Position numbers and translations under genes: made by a program. From a virus (taxonomy: Duplodnaviria; Caudoviricetes), in the IMG/VR virus record IMGVR_UViG_3300032243_001028, positions 71,097 through 135,096 of that record: a stretch of DNA of 64,000 nt, one strand, 5' to 3'. The stretch's first letter is position 1. Each line of letters starts with the position of its first letter. Below the pieces are notes generated by a model. The model did not search any database, had not been told where the DNA came from, and was given only the letters and a program-made list of their open reading frames with translations. Of the stretch, positions 9,501 through 19,800 are shown in pieces.

Positions 9501-11892
9501 CCGCATAAGTGTAACTGCTACCGCACCTACCGGAGCCGTTACAGCAATTCCTACTTTTTATTCTGGGACTACCCCCGCAAGCGGAAAACAAGTGTATTTT
9601 GATGGTGCTCTTTTTGAACAAGCAAGTGAGATTAAACCATATTTTGATGGGAATATTGCTAGTGCTAATGAATTTACTTATGCTTGGTCCGGTACTGCTC
9701 ATATAAGTACAAGCTTAGAAAAATATTCTAAGGTTCCAAGCTGGGCAGGAGATGTGAACTCTGTAATTGCTAGAAGTTCTGTAACAAGTTATATTGGTAC
9801 ATACAGTGGTTTAGTTACTAGCACTAATAGCTCTAGTAAATTAGGTTTATTCATTATTACTGGTACTTCGGTAACTCCTGGAAAAGCTTATAGTGCATCT
9901 ATTTATGCTAAAGATTTAAATCTTGGAATGACAGTTAGAGTTGAAATTCATTGGTATAACGGAAGTTCTTATATAACTAACTCGACTAGCGCTTATACAA
10001 GTATTTCAACCACTGATTGGACAAAGTTAAGTGTAACTGGGACAGCTCCTACAAATGCAACTCTTGGCTATATAGTTGTAAATAGTTCATCAAATGCTCC
10101 ATTTGGAAAACAAATCTATGTTGACGCTGCTGTACTTGAACAAAGTTCTGTACCTACTTCTTATTTTAACGGAACAGCTGTAGCAACTAAAGCTGGAACA
10201 ACTTATGCTGCATCTTTATACGTAAAAATTCCAGTCGGGCAAGAAACTTCTTCATTTAAAATATATCTTTATTGGTATGATTTTACTGGTACTCAGATCT
10301 CGTTTACTTCCAGCGCGTTAGTAACTGTAACTAGTGACGATGGTTGGGTTCGTTTAGGTGTGGCTAGTACTGCTCCTACAAATGCTGTTATTGGAGAAGT
10401 TAGATTAGATCAACCTACCGCTGGAACTAGTGGGAAAAAATTCTTAGTTGATGCTGTATTGCTAGAAGAATCTAGCTATTATGGTCAGTATTTTGATGAT
10501 TTTACTCAAGATCAAGAGACCACTAAAGTCAATAATGCATTGCGTCGTGTCCCGCCCCCTCACCTTACAGGTATGCAGCTCAATGCGGATATTAATATTA
10601 ATGGGCTAATACTTAACACTATTGATGAAAATAACGTTGTTTGGGTCTGCACTGATATTAAAAATTGGTGGGCTCTACCTGAACCTGAAGTTCCAGATAT
10701 TGGACGTGGATTGGATGATGGTTCATACGATGTTCGTGGACGTTGGAAAGCTAGAGCCATAACTCTTGAAGGATCTATTCTTCCTCCAGATGTAGGTTCT
10801 ATGGTTGCTGCAAGATCTAAACTGATCGCTGCTCTTTCTCCTCTAGTATATTCAGGTGGAATTTTAGCTGTAGATGAGGGACCTATAAAAGTTTCTAAAG
10901 TATTTATGGTTGGGCAGCCTAACATGGAAGTAAAAAATGCACGTGGACGTATAGATTTCAGTGTTCAACTTAGATCTGGAGATCCTGTTAAATATGAATG
11001 GAACTATCAAGCTACTGATGGTTACTTTTCTGTTACGCCTTTTTCATATAAAACTTCTGGATCTATCTCAAACGTCTCCCAAGGACTTGGAATTCGTAGG
11101 TATTACGCAACTAATACTTTTGTTGTGGGGGATTACGTAACTATTTCAGGAGTAAGTCCATCAGGATATAATACAGAATCTACTTCTCCATTAGCTATTA
11201 CTGCAGTGGATCCTAATGGAGCTTGGTTCGAAGTGTCTGGAACTTCTTCCGGTGCTTACGTTTCTGAAACGAATAGTTCTGCAAAATTAGCTTACTCAAA
11301 TACAAGCATAACTAACTCAGGTAATACTTCTGTTCCTACTATTATAACTATTACTGGACCTATATCTAGTGGTAGCTACATAAAAAATACAACTAATAAT
11401 ACTTCTATGAAATTAGTTAAACAAATGAGAGCGGCTTCATATTTTGTAAATATTGGATATGTTTCTAGGTATGGAAATGTAGCTACTCTAACTACTACAA
11501 ACTCTACTGGCCATGGATTATTTGTGGGGGATGTTGTTAATATATCTATTTCTAGCGATCCTGGATCTTTTAGCGCTAGTTCTGTAACTATTACTTCAAC
11601 TACTACAAATACTTTTACTTATGATTCAGCTGGATCTGATGTATCACTTACCTCTGTTGCTGGTTCTACCACTACTTTGGTATCTGCCGATATTGCTGTA
11701 ATAGATACATATAATCAAACTGTAAAATATCGCGGTATAGCTGATGCTGGACGTTCTATTTTAGATGCAAATATAGATTGGTTGAAACTAGTTCCGGGAT
11801 CTAATAATATTCAAGTTCAAACGGGAGATAGTTCAGTATTAGCATCTGATAGCAAAGTAGTAGTCCAATACCGTTCCGGCTGGATCGGTTAG
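6568..11892 (+). CDS. distal tail protein (Dit-like) with seven N-terminal CBM4/9-like carbohydrate-binding domains
   Basis: NLxxNPSFE and W.R.SVT...Y.D...E motifs of CBM jelly-rolls; C-terminal part (GRWKARAITLEG, ITNSGNTSVP, WLKLVPGSNNI, YRSGW) matches Dit pattern; directly after tape measure. Confidence 0.8.
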   Translation: MNRVNLVTNPSFKTDTSGWTTVGTGTSFVRSTTDGFYGSTCLEVTKPALNSTGVSWTSAATPNLVSNSSFESAPSDTVSRTNLLTNPSFEAEASTVVTARTNLVTNPGFETSSSTATIRTNRILNPRFEAAPTVTTSRINLLINSSFEATTVETTARTNLCTNPSFEHATTPISGWAAVNGASRAASTAQKNIGAQSLLVTYGAAAGATYTGVGYALTLAASTTYTFSAYVYTPSGSVFPQLSVQSSVTPAFTAVISSNATSTGAWQRLSVTFTTTAAGSYTCYVLNSAAVTGTKTFYLDNVLIEQTSILKPYFDGATSGTGTEFTYNWTSTAHLSTSEQKYFKNPTWGYIRALSGIASTAQCLYGTKSALLTADGSPGAFGMYNSGIGSARTAVTAGSTYTSSIYVRDINTAVSYYAAIEWYNSSGGSAGATSTGTVTAVNSSGWTRISVSAAAPTEAVTAVPTFYSNTAPASGTQVYFDGALFDFSAEVRPYFDGDTAAANEFTYSWSGTAHASTSLQKFNAAPSYSFDSLKGVVARSSATSPFVGTYSGLVTSLSSFGTLGTYSSNSTVTAGTTYVGSIYVKDLSLGRTIQVNIDWRGSGGYISSSSGTATAISTGSWTRISVTGVAPSGATGASLVLAVPSTAPYGSQFYIDAALLEAGSYVNTYFDGSTTATGDFTHAWTGTADASSSNQVANMVDGWSNVYNPEGLSYGFYRTNADKQNGSYSMALAMYQGTGANPINLGTPILSAITASKTYTSSIYVYTNRTQNINFVFTVTTAAGSTYPGVVTSVPGGTWTRINYTYTMPSNLVSSTVQIQPSAPKSGDYFYFDQFLLEESSILKSYFDGSTAAAGEFTYSWSGTANASTSIQQYSISSTWGSIGSLSAITSTAQYLYGAKSTLATADGSGTFGIYNSGVSSARTAVTAGKSYTSSIYVKDIDTGVSYYAGIEWKDSGGSSAGATSTGTVTAVNSSGWTRISVTATAPTGAVTAIPTFYSGTTPASGKQVYFDGALFEQASEIKPYFDGNIASANEFTYAWSGTAHISTSLEKYSKVPSWAGDVNSVIARSSVTSYIGTYSGLVTSTNSSSKLGLFIITGTSVTPGKAYSASIYAKDLNLGMTVRVEIHWYNGSSYITNSTSAYTSISTTDWTKLSVTGTAPTNATLGYIVVNSSSNAPFGKQIYVDAAVLEQSSVPTSYFNGTAVATKAGTTYAASLYVKIPVGQETSSFKIYLYWYDFTGTQISFTSSALVTVTSDDGWVRLGVASTAPTNAVIGEVRLDQPTAGTSGKKFLVDAVLLEESSYYGQYFDDFTQDQETTKVNNALRRVPPPHLTGMQLNADININGLILNTIDENNVVWVCTDIKNWWALPEPEVPDIGRGLDDGSYDVRGRWKARAITLEGSILPPDVGSMVAARSKLIAALSPLVYSGGILAVDEGPIKVSKVFMVGQPNMEVKNARGRIDFSVQLRSGDPVKYEWNYQATDGYFSVTPFSYKTSGSISNVSQGLGIRRYYATNTFVVGDYVTISGVSPSGYNTESTSPLAITAVDPNGAWFEVSGTSSGAYVSETNSSAKLAYSNTSITNSGNTSVPTIITITGPISSGSYIKNTTNNTSMKLVKQMRAASYFVNIGYVSRYGNVATLTTTNSTGHGLFVGDVVNISISSDPGSFSASSVTITSTTTNTFTYDSAGSDVSLTSVAGSTTTLVSADIAVIDTYNQTVKYRGIADAGRSILDANIDWLKLVPGSNNIQVQTGDSSVLASDSKVVVQYRSGWIG
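7885..7919 (+). repeat. 35-bp exact direct repeat (second copy 9478-9512) inside a duplicated CBM body
   Basis: GCAGTTAATTCTTCAGGCTGGACCCGCATAAGTGT at both sites; flanks ~7630-8130 and ~9230-9730 are also highly similar. Confidence 0.95.
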
Positions 11893-11924
11893 AATAGATA
11901 CAACGACAATTACGTGAGGTCTAG

Positions 11925-14900
11925 ATGACAGAAGCATATCCAATAGGTACGTCTGCTACAGCAGCTAAGTACACCTACTACGCTGTTGATATTGTATCTA
12001 ACAAAATTCTTGCTCAAATCCCTTTTGAAGACGTTATTTATGAAAGAACTTTAAAGGGTGCTGGTTCATTTGATGGCAAAATTTCTATTAACAAGCAGAC
12101 TAAAGATCTTGATTTATACAACTCCACTCTCCCTGGAAAATGCGCTCTATACGTTGTTCGTAATGGCGTTTGTATGTGGGGCGGTATTATTTGGGGTAGA
12201 ACCTATGATCTTTTTGGAAGGTCTTTAAACGTCACTGCTTCGGAGTTTACTAGCTATTTAAAACATCGTATTATTTGGAAAACATATTCATATCAATTTA
12301 CAGCTGTAGTAAATAAAACTTCAAAAAAACTACCAGCTAAAGTTGTTTTACAAAATACTAGTAATATAAATTTAAAAATACCTATTAAAGTTTTAGATGA
12401 TTACGGAAATTTAAATCGAGTATATGTTAGCTTTACTAGATCTGATTTAATTAAATATAATGGGTACTACCCACTGTCTCCGTCTGTCACTCCTACAACA
12501 ACTGTATTTTATATAACTATTCCAGATCTTCCAGCAGAAAAATATACTGATGTAAGTATTTCTATACGAGTGGATACTTATGAATACTTAAAAGAATTAA
12601 TGAAAGAAGCTGCTCAGGATTTTGTAGATAGTAAATTTGCTAATGAGGTTATCACTCCAGGAATAAGGATTCCGTATCAAATTACAAATAAATCTGCTGA
12701 TGGAGGTATTGTAACTCTTACCACATCTACTACGCATGATCTGGTTCCAGGGCAAAATGTAGAAATACGAAATGTAGATGAAAATGTTGACGGCGTACGT
12801 TTAGTTTCAGAAACTCCTAGTAGTAATACTTTTAGGGTAATTGTTCCTGCTTACAATATAAAAACTCTATCTGCTAGCGCAAATACTGCAACAGTTACCG
12901 TTGATGTAGGCGATACAAACGACATATTTAAACTTACTGTAGGTAGTAGAGTAACAATTGCTGATGCTCCAACCTTTGGTGGATATAACTATTTTAATTT
13001 TTCAAACGTTAAAATACTTAGTGTATCAAATAACAATACTTTTACCTATGAAATAGTTAATCCTAGAGGAACCATAGCTATTTCAAATGCTACATCAACT
13101 GATTCTTTAATCACATACACTGCAACAAATACTTTATCCGTTGGAGACTATGTAACCGTAAAAAATTCAAACAACTCGAGCTACAATGTGGTAAATAAAA
13201 TTGTAACTTATGCAGATAGTACTAAATTTATAATAGCTAATCCTCTTAATTCAGCAATTTCTGGAAAATATTCTCCTTATACAGCCACTGCGTATGCTGG
13301 AATAAATACTATTTCTGGGGTTCCTGGAGTTGTTTCTCAGATATCTATTCCGCCAACTAACATATACACTAATAAATATGAGGTAGCTACTAGAGCTTTA
13401 AAACCTACTAAACCATATGGAGTAGTTTCAGCTAAACGATCTTATAATTCTGATAAAAGTCTTTTTATAGTAACTCTTCAACTAGGTAAATCTAGCTCTA
13501 AAACTTTTACTTTTCTTAAAGGAGATACTATAACTACAAGTTTGGCTGGAGATACTACTAAAGATGCTAATAAAAATCTTATGTACACTGCCTTAACTAA
13601 TGGTGATGGGGGAGGAGTTGTTCTTACAGCAGTAGACAAAGTGAAAAAAACTGTTTCATATGAACTTACTGGAGTAGCTACTAAAAAAGATGACGATACT
13701 TACATATCAGAGCAAACAACTTTTACTACATTATCTGGCACAAATACCATAAACTATGCAACTGCAACAACTGAAGTTGAAATTGGTATTTCAGAAGAAG
13801 CTCCTCTTAGAAAAGATATGTATGTTTATGTTACCGGTGTAGATGGGGTTAGTTGGAGTCAACCACTCTATAACGGTTTTCAACAGATAACTGATACCTC
13901 TGTTATAGACTCGGAAACTGGATCTATTAGTACAAAAATTACAAAATATGCTACAGAGGCTGGAGTAGCTACTTTATACACTAGTAAAAATAATAGTTTT
14001 GTTAATGATCAGATGGTTACTATTGCTGGATTTGCTGGATCTTTGAGTTATTTAAACGGAGTATTTAAAATAATAGATTCAATACAAGGATCTTTAGATG
14101 GAGAAAGTTATTTTACTTATTATATAGATGATAATGCTTCTATAGCTAGAACGGTTGCGGATAATGGAGTAACGGGCAGAGTTAAAGGTCAAAACGTATT
14201 TAGATACAAACTACCAGAATATGGTCCTATAAATGAACCGGATGGTAAATATGCTGTAACTTCATATAGAATAGGTGGCTACGCTAGCGATGCAACTGAT
14301 AAAAGATCAACGGTTAGAATAAAAACTCAAGAAAAAATTAAGTTTAATCCTGGAGATTCTGTAGATATAGCTATTGGAGTAGATGCAACCGATGGATCTT
14401 ATAAAGTTGGATCTGTTTCTCCGTCAAGAGATTCTTTTACATATAAAATTCCAGCAAGCAAATCTTCCGTGTCTAAATCTACAGATAGTACATACAAAAC
14501 TATCACCGGTACTGTATCTAGAACTTCTGCTCAATTAGATCAACAAAGTTTAAAGTACCAACCTACAATTTCTGCTATGAGCTGCGAAAGCAATGTAGTT
14601 ACAGTTAGAAGTGTTAATCATCAATTTAATGCCGATGATTCTATTAGTTTAATATTTCCATCAGCTTTTCAAGATTATGATAATAATGGATTTAAAGTTA
14701 TTATTCAATCTGCAGATAAAGATACTTTTACATATTCTTTAACTAATTTTAGAGATGGAGTTACAACTGCAGCAGATGCAGGAGTTGTTTCAATATCTAA
14801 ATATAAATTTACAAAAAATACTGCAAATAATACATCTGGAACTATAAGATATACAACAACTGACGAACACTACTACACGGTTGGATCTAAGGTTACAGTT

Positions 14901-16820
14901 ACAAAAATAAATAAAAATCCTACTGGAACTGCTTTTGCACAAAGTCTTACTTGGAGTAGTGTGTATGTAATCACTGAAGTAAATGATTTAGCAGATTCAG
15001 TTAAATATTTTGAAGTATCTGTGACAAATTTAACTAATGCAGCGGACATAACCGAGCAGACTTTAGCTTCTAATTTATACGGTAAAGCAGTTTCTACTGC
15101 AATGATGATTTCAAAAGCTAAAGCTCTTACTAGTGGATCTGCTTCTTCGACTCAAATAACTTACACTGGAACTAACTTACCTTTTGTAGCTGATGAAACG
15201 CTTACTGTTGTTGGATTTACTGGTACTGGATCTACTAGAATAAATAGTAAAGGTAAAATAACTTCTACAGCTGGTACTCCCACTACTTCAGTAAAAATTG
15301 ACGTAGCAGGGACTGTTGTATCTCCTGCTATCACTTCTGGAAAACCTTTTGGGTATGTTAGATCATATGCTAGTGCTCTTTTGGATTACTCAGAGTCTAT
15401 TACTGCACAAACTGTTTATGGCATTTCTGCTGTTGCTAGTACAAAAACTATAACTTTATATTGTCCAGACCATGGATTTGTTGATCAGGATGTAATAAAA
15501 TTAGTACTTCCAAATAACTATAAAAATTATTATCCATCTGATGATAAACCAGTTACAATTTCAAAAATAGATAATTCTACTTTTAGCTATAAAGTTACTA
15601 ATACCATAAGTAACATTGCTATGTCAGAAACTATTACAGATATAGGTACTAACTCTGGAACTGTTAGATTTACAGCTAATAATAGTTTTTCTGCAGGTCA
15701 AAAAATAACTATAAAAGGTGTGATCCCTGACGTTTATAACTTTACGTCAGCCACTGTAACTAATGCTACTGCAACATATTTTGAAATTGCTAGTACGGAA
15801 ACAGCGAGTTATGAAGCATCTAATGGTGTAGCTATGCAAGCACTAAGCCCTACTGGAACAGCAGTAGAAGCTCCTTATGTAGCTATTACTCCAGTTGTAC
15901 TCTCTAGAACTTACGGAGAGTTTCCAAAAAATACTAATATTGGTGGGCTTGATTTCGATGGCACTACATATAGCGGTAATTTCTATCCAAATACTATTGT
16001 TCGTGGTAGTGATATGGTAACTCTTGATGCTCATATGGAACAGTATAGTAATTCCGTAAATGGGTTTAATTATAGGATAGACTGTACTTTAAATAATTCC
16101 GGGGGGGAAAGTATGTTTAAACGTAAATTTGTTTTAGTTCCTATTACTCCTGCTACGCTTAAAGAATATTTAAATACTCAGCCAGGGGGAGTTCTTCCTG
16201 TAGGTAAAGTAGCTCCACCATATGCTTTTGGTGCAGATAAAATTACATTTGAGCATCCTGGAAATGTGGAAAATGTAAGTTTTAGTGAAAGTGCTGAAAA
16301 TGCTGCCACAAGAATGTTTGTATCTGGTAATAATGGTGCAGGAGATCCAAACTCTGTAGCAAGATTCTCTGGAGCTGCCGATAATGATCTTCTTGAAGCT
16401 GGATGGCCTATTTTAGATAGGGCAGAGAAAATTGATTGGCCTACTCAGTACAATCCTCTAGTTATAACTGTTAATAGGGATAATTGGGGTAACTATGATG
16501 CCGAGGCAGATTTTTATGCAACAGCTAAAAGATTTTTATATCAGTCTAGGCCCCCTCAAGGAGACTTTGTAATTAGAGTTAATGGCTCTTTACCGCCTGT
16601 AATTGGATCTTATAATCCCGGAGATTGGTGCCAATTAATAGTTGATGATGAAGCTGGATTTATTAATAGTAGATTAGCTAGTGTATTAGAACCTAGAAAA
16701 GACGTTATTCTTAGAAGGATTGATAACATTAAAATATCTGTTCCAAATAGCCCTGCATTCCCGGAAGAGATTGATTTAACTCTAGTGACAGACTGGGAGG
16801 TGGACAGAATTGGCAAATAG
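11925..16820 (+). CDS. baseplate hub / minor tail protein (Gp37-like) with many inserted ~70-80 aa beta modules
   Basis: N-terminus (LKGAGSFDG...VVRNGVCMWGGIIW) and C-terminus (YNPGDWCQLIVDD) fit siphovirus hub proteins; repeated H.(L/F)..G..V.I.G...YNG...FTY modules. Confidence 0.7.
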   Translation: MTEAYPIGTSATAAKYTYYAVDIVSNKILAQIPFEDVIYERTLKGAGSFDGKISINKQTKDLDLYNSTLPGKCALYVVRNGVCMWGGIIWGRTYDLFGRSLNVTASEFTSYLKHRIIWKTYSYQFTAVVNKTSKKLPAKVVLQNTSNINLKIPIKVLDDYGNLNRVYVSFTRSDLIKYNGYYPLSPSVTPTTTVFYITIPDLPAEKYTDVSISIRVDTYEYLKELMKEAAQDFVDSKFANEVITPGIRIPYQITNKSADGGIVTLTTSTTHDLVPGQNVEIRNVDENVDGVRLVSETPSSNTFRVIVPAYNIKTLSASANTATVTVDVGDTNDIFKLTVGSRVTIADAPTFGGYNYFNFSNVKILSVSNNNTFTYEIVNPRGTIAISNATSTDSLITYTATNTLSVGDYVTVKNSNNSSYNVVNKIVTYADSTKFIIANPLNSAISGKYSPYTATAYAGINTISGVPGVVSQISIPPTNIYTNKYEVATRALKPTKPYGVVSAKRSYNSDKSLFIVTLQLGKSSSKTFTFLKGDTITTSLAGDTTKDANKNLMYTALTNGDGGGVVLTAVDKVKKTVSYELTGVATKKDDDTYISEQTTFTTLSGTNTINYATATTEVEIGISEEAPLRKDMYVYVTGVDGVSWSQPLYNGFQQITDTSVIDSETGSISTKITKYATEAGVATLYTSKNNSFVNDQMVTIAGFAGSLSYLNGVFKIIDSIQGSLDGESYFTYYIDDNASIARTVADNGVTGRVKGQNVFRYKLPEYGPINEPDGKYAVTSYRIGGYASDATDKRSTVRIKTQEKIKFNPGDSVDIAIGVDATDGSYKVGSVSPSRDSFTYKIPASKSSVSKSTDSTYKTITGTVSRTSAQLDQQSLKYQPTISAMSCESNVVTVRSVNHQFNADDSISLIFPSAFQDYDNNGFKVIIQSADKDTFTYSLTNFRDGVTTAADAGVVSISKYKFTKNTANNTSGTIRYTTTDEHYYTVGSKVTVTKINKNPTGTAFAQSLTWSSVYVITEVNDLADSVKYFEVSVTNLTNAADITEQTLASNLYGKAVSTAMMISKAKALTSGSASSTQITYTGTNLPFVADETLTVVGFTGTGSTRINSKGKITSTAGTPTTSVKIDVAGTVVSPAITSGKPFGYVRSYASALLDYSESITAQTVYGISAVASTKTITLYCPDHGFVDQDVIKLVLPNNYKNYYPSDDKPVTISKIDNSTFSYKVTNTISNIAMSETITDIGTNSGTVRFTANNSFSAGQKITIKGVIPDVYNFTSATVTNATATYFEIASTETASYEASNGVAMQALSPTGTAVEAPYVAITPVVLSRTYGEFPKNTNIGGLDFDGTTYSGNFYPNTIVRGSDMVTLDAHMEQYSNSVNGFNYRIDCTLNNSGGESMFKRKFVLVPITPATLKEYLNTQPGGVLPVGKVAPPYAFGADKITFEHPGNVENVSFSESAENAATRMFVSGNNGAGDPNSVARFSGAADNDLLEAGWPILDRAEKIDWPTQYNPLVITVNRDNWGNYDAEADFYATAKRFLYQSRPPQGDFVIRVNGSLPPVIGSYNPGDWCQLIVDDEAGFINSRLASVLEPRKDVILRRIDNIKISVPNSPAFPEEIDLTLVTDWEVDRIGK

Positions 16821-19800
16821 ACGTATACAAAGAGGTAAAGAGCTCTCTGACTATTTAAGAGCTATGAGTGAAGATGTTACTAAATTAAATAATAGAAATC
16901 ACGTTACTTCTATTGCTGCAAATGCAATTGGATCTAATGAAATTGGTGAAGATATAGTTTTAGATAATAAATCTATATCTAGTTTAAATTATCTTCCGGG
17001 GGTATCTGGTTGGAGAATTGACGGATATGGGAACTCAGAATTTGCTAACGTGTACGTTCGTGGAAATATTAATGCTTACTCCGGAACTATTGGTTATTGG
17101 AATATTAGTCAACCTCTAGTTAAAAGAACTTTTGGAGACTATGTAATTCAAGGAACTCTTATAGAAAGTTCCAATATAGGTTTGACAGACGATAATGTAA
17201 CTTCTGGAACATATGTTGGTCTTTTTAAATCATACATAGATGATCAAATTGATATTATATCTATATCCAGAGATTCTGAAATTGCTGAGGTCACTGTTGC
17301 TGATCATAATTATTCAATTGGTGACTATGTTAAAGTTAGAGTTTATGAAGACTCTACTTTTAATACCGATTCTTCTGTAATTATTGATATAAGTGGTAAT
17401 ACATATAAGTACCACAGTGTTGGACCTGACACGGTAATTCCTGAAGTAAACGGTTTTTCAATTCTAGCCATTAGAGATATTGCTGGTCTATATCTACGTG
17501 ATTATTCAAAATCTGAATTTGATTATGGGTACTTTTCAAACACTGGTGTTGCTTATGTTTCAGCTGAAGATGTTAACTTAGTTAAAAATCCTAGTTTTGA
17601 ATATCTTACTTTATATGCTAGTAGAATTAGCAGTGACTTATCATGGACAACTAGTAGTGGGTACACTTTTGCTTTAGAACAATTTAATGATGGCACTAAT
17701 CCTCAATACCAATATGACAGCTCTTATGGTGCAAGTATTACTTGGGATAGCCCTGCTCCTTCTACTTACATTTCTGGAACTTTAGACTACGCTGTAGGTT
17801 CCACATACAATCTTTATAGATCTGGACGAATTTTATATCTGGGAATGAACATATTTCCTAAATACAATGCCTATGCTTCTACTCCTACATCAGTGGCTAG
17901 GCAAATTGTAACTGGAACATTTACATCAGCTTCATCAACCACTACTCAGATCACATATACCGGAACTGGATTGAACTTTGTAGTTGGCCAACGTCTAAAA
18001 GTTACTGGATTTGGTGATTCTGCCCACAATATAACTAACGTAAAGATTACTAGTGCTAGCTCTACTACAGTTGTTGTGACTAGAAATGGTGCAGCTGTTG
18101 CAACTTCTACCGGTACTGGATCTGCATCCGTATTGGTGTGGAAAGTTACAACGTCTACTGATCATTATTTAGATGCTTATGACACTGCACTTTTAGACTT
18201 TGAAGGTAATAAGTACGATTCTCTATACGGAGAGTATTTTGATTATGTACCTAGAATGATAAGTACTGGAGTATATGTACGAACTTATTCAGTTCTTGCA
18301 TACCCAAGTAGAACTAGATCTTCTGGAAACTATACTTTTTATGTAAGTTCGGATAACTACGTAGATGAAGTAAATGGTGCTGGAAGTCCTGTGTCCATGA
18401 CAAGTCTTGATCCAATTGGAACTAACCCAGATGTTGCTACCGATCCCTATGGATTTACTAGACCTGTTCAAGTTTATAAAGTAGTAAATGCTGCATATGA
18501 CATTTCTCAAGTTAGATTTAGATTTGGTAATGGTTCTACTGTAGCTATTTCTGATGTTGCATCTATAGCCACTAAATCCCAGTGGAATTCCGGAATAAAT
18601 AAATACTATATTTCTGACTCAACTTTATATGCTAATGGCTATAGAGATGCTACCCGTGGTCTACCCTACATGTATAAGTCAGACGCAATTATTATTGACT
18701 CTAATCTACTTGATTATAGCTACTCAATACTTGATGAAACTAACCATGCTTTGGGTACAGACATATCTATAGACATTCCTGCCTGGTTCTACACTCACGA
18801 TGGAGCTGGAACTGTAGTAGATTCAACAACTAAATTTGAAATGAATGCAATATCAAATGGTATTGGATTTATTTTAGATAATGTTTATTTATCTACATCG
18901 AACAAGATATTTTATGGAGATGTTCTTAGTACAAATAGATGGTACTCAGACACAGTTGAAATTCCTACTTATAATCCTTCTCAAGCTTCAATCGAAGGAA
19001 CTAAAAAATGGTTAAATATAGATCTCGACACTCAAACTGCTTATTTAAATTATTTTAATTACATTGGGTTCAAACCAAGTAATTTTTCTAAAACTATGTT
19101 TTTAAATCCAAGTTTAGGAACTTCTGGAACAAATGCTCTAAAAATATTAAAACCTACTGACTACGAAACTACTGCACTATCAAGCGGTGAATACCAGTAT
19201 GTGGATAATGCTGAAAATTATCAAAATTTAAGTGCATATCTAAATTTAACTTCTGGTGATAGAGAAGCTGGATTTGAACTTGTTTCAAGTAAAAAAGAAC
19301 ACCTTATTACCACATCAACAGTACTATTTGAAAACTACGCTCTAATTGCTGGATACTACGATAAATATAATTTAAGATCTGTAATTCAAGCTAGCGCAGA
19401 TAGGTTTGCTATTTCAGCAAATGGTCTTGAAGGTAAATTTGATCGTTTCTGGGTAGATAATTTAGGTATTGGTGGAAGTCTTAAAAATTCTTTAACTCTC
19501 ACTGCTGATAGCGGTACCAATGATGGTACTGATAGATATAAATTTAATAACTATTCGAGTCAATCTTTAAACTTTGTTGGTAGTTCAACTATAACAATTA
19601 CTAAAACCGCTGGAACTTGGACATTTTCGGCGTCTGGTGCCGTTAGCGGGTATATCGGTACTACTGCTGTACAAGCAAGTAGCGCAGCTCAAGGTATGAC
19701 TGGAATATCTTCTATTTCAAGTTTAAGTGCTATAACTATAACGTCTGCTGGTGGAAGTGCTACTTCTCTATATAGCGGTAGCAGTTCCTCTGTATCAGGA

